A DNA stretch of 64,000 nt, taken from the sequence record NC_019521.1, one strand, 5' to 3'. Of the stretch, positions 61,732 to 64,000 are shown piece after piece. A program made the position numbers and the translations under genes. The first letter of the stretch is position 1. Each line of letters starts with the position of its first letter. The notes under the pieces were generated by a model, which had not been told where the DNA came from, did not search any database, and saw nothing but the letters and a program-made list of their open reading frames with translations.

Positions 61732-64000
61732 ATGACAAATTTAGCAACTCAATTAGCACAAATTCAATTGATGGGGGCTGGTGTTTATCAATTAGTTGAT
61801 GACACTAATACACAGTTACCTCCTATCGCATCGAATGCTAGATTACGTTTCATTCCAATAAACATGAAACGTGGACCTATTAACTCGATCGTTTATTTTG
61901 AACAACGAGATTTCCAAGGTTTTAAAGATGTATTCGGTGACATTACTCGTAAAGATGAACGTCAAGGTAATTTCTCAGTTCGTACTTGTTTACAAGCTTT
62001 AGAAAATGGTCCAATTGTTGTTATGAACTTACGTAAGTTCGAAGCTGATACAGATAAGACAGAATTCCAAGGTCTTACTACAATGCTTACAACTCAATTA
62101 GTCGATCAAAACGATTCGAAAGCTAACGAAATCGAATTTTCAAAAATGTTCACTACTGACAGATTATGGACACCGAAACCTGAAGCATTATTAAACGTTA
62201 CTGATAGTAACTTGTTTATGATAGCAAATATTGGTTCTAAAAATCTTTCAGTTTTTGCAAGACGTTCACAAAATGCTGGATATCGTCAAACGATAGCAAA
62301 TTACTACAGTAATCAAAACCGTCCAGTTCCAGAATATTTGAATCCTCAGGATTTAATGATCGATACAATGGTTGAAATATTCGTATTTAATACCGATTTT
62401 TCTGACCCTGTTAAAAATCAAGCTTCTGAAACTTATGGACAATTCTTCGACGCTAACGGTTTAGTTCAAGAATATGTTACTAACACTGGTAATTTCGATG
62501 CATTACAATTACTTACGACTATAACAGAAGCTGGATTTGTTCAACGTTTCGAGGGTTCATTGATTCCAGGATCATTAGATGCTAACAAAAATCCTTTCTA
62601 TATTGAAGAACTTGTTAACGCTTCAGCTTTAGTAACTGGATTAATGTTGAAAGTCAATGATATAGCTTACGAAAACTATTCAGATTTCGAACCAGAATTC
62701 GATGCTAATGATGAACCAGTTTACGAAAATAACGCTTCTAAACGTCCATATCCAATCGATCTAGTCGGTCAAAACTTATTTGATATTGATGGTACTGGTT
62801 CGGTTGATGAAACTAAACTTACACCTACTATCAAAACTCTATCATATGATGGATATACTTTGACTAAAGGTGAAATTAAACGTAACACTGGTCAAGAATT
62901 AAGTTACGATTTAAGTGAATTCAATAGTGATGTTCTTAAAGTTCCTGTTTATACTGATGCTACAGTTTTCACAGCTGATCAATCTACTTTGATCTTACCT
63001 GATATGATTCCTGTAAACATCGGTGATAAATACATTGCAGTAAATGGTAACCTTTGTACAGTATTCGATATTAAGAACTATGGTTCTGTAAAAACTTTGA
63101 AAGGTCTTGGAACTCCTGGATTGGCTATTCAAGCTGATGGTACAGAATTCCCTAAGAACCCTCAAGGTCTTTACATCTATCCAGCAGGTTCATCTAAAGC
63201 TGGTGATTTAGTAACATTCGGTACTAATGGTTTACCTGAAGACGCTGATACTTCTGATGAAATTCCAGTTCCAACTTTAACTGAAGCACAATTCGAAACA
63301 TTATATACTAAATACGGTGCTCTTATCAACTTCTTAAAAGTTAGATTCGATGGTTTCGTTGAGAATGGTTACAATACACCTGCTACAGAAACTATAGAAG
63401 TTGTTAAATCTGATGACAATACTGAAGTTGAATTGAAAGAATCACGTGCATTCTTGTTACGTTCCGCAACTAATAAGGCTTCTTTGAAATCATTCAAATT
63501 AAAACCTTACAAAGCTAGACCTAGTCAGTTTACTAACGGTACTAACGAAAATCAAAAAGATGTATTATCAGTTTTAGGAATTCCTGGAATCGTTGCTGGT
63601 TTGAAAGCTATTCAAGAATCTGGAGTAATGAAATTCAGATATATTGTTGACGCATTCAAAACTTACATCGAACCAAATGCTAAATCTGAATTGGCTACTT
63701 TAGCACATCAAACTAATTCTAGAGCGATAGCTAACATGCCATTTATGAAAGACTTTAGTGATTCTAAAAATCCATATTTCAGAAACACTCCTCAGTCTGA
63801 TTTAGATTTATCGTTCATTCCTAAAGGTGGTAACAGAAATATAGCTTCTAACAATACGTTCTCTTTACCTAAAGATTACGCCGATAAGATTTGGTTCTTC
63901 GGACCTGGATTGAAAGCTAATCATTATGGTACAACTGTTATCGTTCCACCTGCTGGAGCTGTATCAAAAGCGTTTGTTAACAAGTTTATAGCTGGTCAAC
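61732..64000 (+). CDS. Contractile tail sheath protein (T4 gp18-like), 3'-truncated; not in ORF track
   Basis: Frame in register from ATG 61732 to the window end in every segment checked; AGVYQLVDD, KRGPIN..FKDVFG, FRYIVDAF, FFGPGL..VPPAGAV motifs. Confidence 0.9.
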   Translation, partial: MTNLATQLAQIQLMGAGVYQLVDDTNTQLPPIASNARLRFIPINMKRGPINSIVYFEQRDFQGFKDVFGDITRKDERQGNFSVRTCLQALENGPIVVMNLRKFEADTDKTEFQGLTTMLTTQLVDQNDSKANEIEFSKMFTTDRLWTPKPEALLNVTDSNLFMIANIGSKNLSVFARRSQNAGYRQTIANYYSNQNRPVPEYLNPQDLMIDTMVEIFVFNTDFSDPVKNQASETYGQFFDANGLVQEYVTNTGNFDALQLLTTITEAGFVQRFEGSLIPGSLDANKNPFYIEELVNASALVTGLMLKVNDIAYENYSDFEPEFDANDEPVYENNASKRPYPIDLVGQNLFDIDGTGSVDETKLTPTIKTLSYDGYTLTKGEIKRNTGQELSYDLSEFNSDVLKVPVYTDATVFTADQSTLILPDMIPVNIGDKYIAVNGNLCTVFDIKNYGSVKTLKGLGTPGLAIQADGTEFPKNPQGLYIYPAGSSKAGDLVTFGTNGLPEDADTSDEIPVPTLTEAQFETLYTKYGALINFLKVRFDGFVENGYNTPATETIEVVKSDDNTEVELKESRAFLLRSATNKASLKSFKLKPYKARPSQFTNGTNENQKDVLSVLGIPGIVAGLKAIQESGVMKFRYIVDAFKTYIEPNAKSELATLAHQTNSRAIANMPFMKDFSDSKNPYFRNTPQSDLDLSFIPKGGNRNIASNNTFSLPKDYADKIWFFGPGLKANHYGTTVIVPPAGAVSKAFVNKFIAGQ

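Noticed and set aside
1-64000. Stop-codon reassignment (as in some large Bacteroidota phages)
   Set aside because: Conserved genes are full length in code 11, genuine genes end in TAA, TAG and TGA, and no suppressor tRNA is present in this window.
1-64000. CRISPR array, DGR or retron, integrase or transposase, homing endonuclease
   Set aside because: I saw no regularly spaced repeat-spacer units and no reverse transcriptase, recombinase or HNH/GIY-YIG/LAGLIDADG motifs. The repeated elements are promoters and terminators.

Overview
A 64-kb, strongly AT-rich segment of a large lytic myovirus (T4-related or jumbo type), in the standard genetic code. All but one of the real genes lie on the + strand; the terminase is the exception. 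The host is probably a Bacteroidota, inferred from A-rich start regions without Shine-Dalgarno sites and a VirE-N/BT4734-like primase. Contents in order: a sigma70-family factor; seven tRNA or tRNA-like genes (Asn, Trp, Cys and four CAT-anticodon species, one carrying a 71-nt structured insertion); virion and baseplate genes (two fibre/Ig-like proteins, holin-like, gp25-like, gp6-like); nucleotide metabolism (ThyA with a large insertion, MazG-like, dCMP deaminase, dNMP kinase); a two-gene type II topoisomerase split by a late-promoter cassette; many small early hypotheticals; a 1304-aa primase-SF2 helicase fusion; clamp loader; RNase H/FEN; terminase; a neck gp14-like gene; and a tail sheath running off the window end. 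Two phage promoter classes can be read directly from the DNA. One is TATACATAT (late-like, about 18 sites including variants). The other is TGAAAC-N17-TATAAT (early-like, about 17 sites). In four copies of the second class the -35 box forms the loop of a 12-15 bp hairpin whose stems covary between copies, and a fifth copy sits in a perfect 30-bp palindrome. These hairpin promoters, the giant tRNA-like RNA and the sigma/promoter pairing are the best candidates for undescribed biology. No database searches were run; all family calls come from motif recognition by eye.
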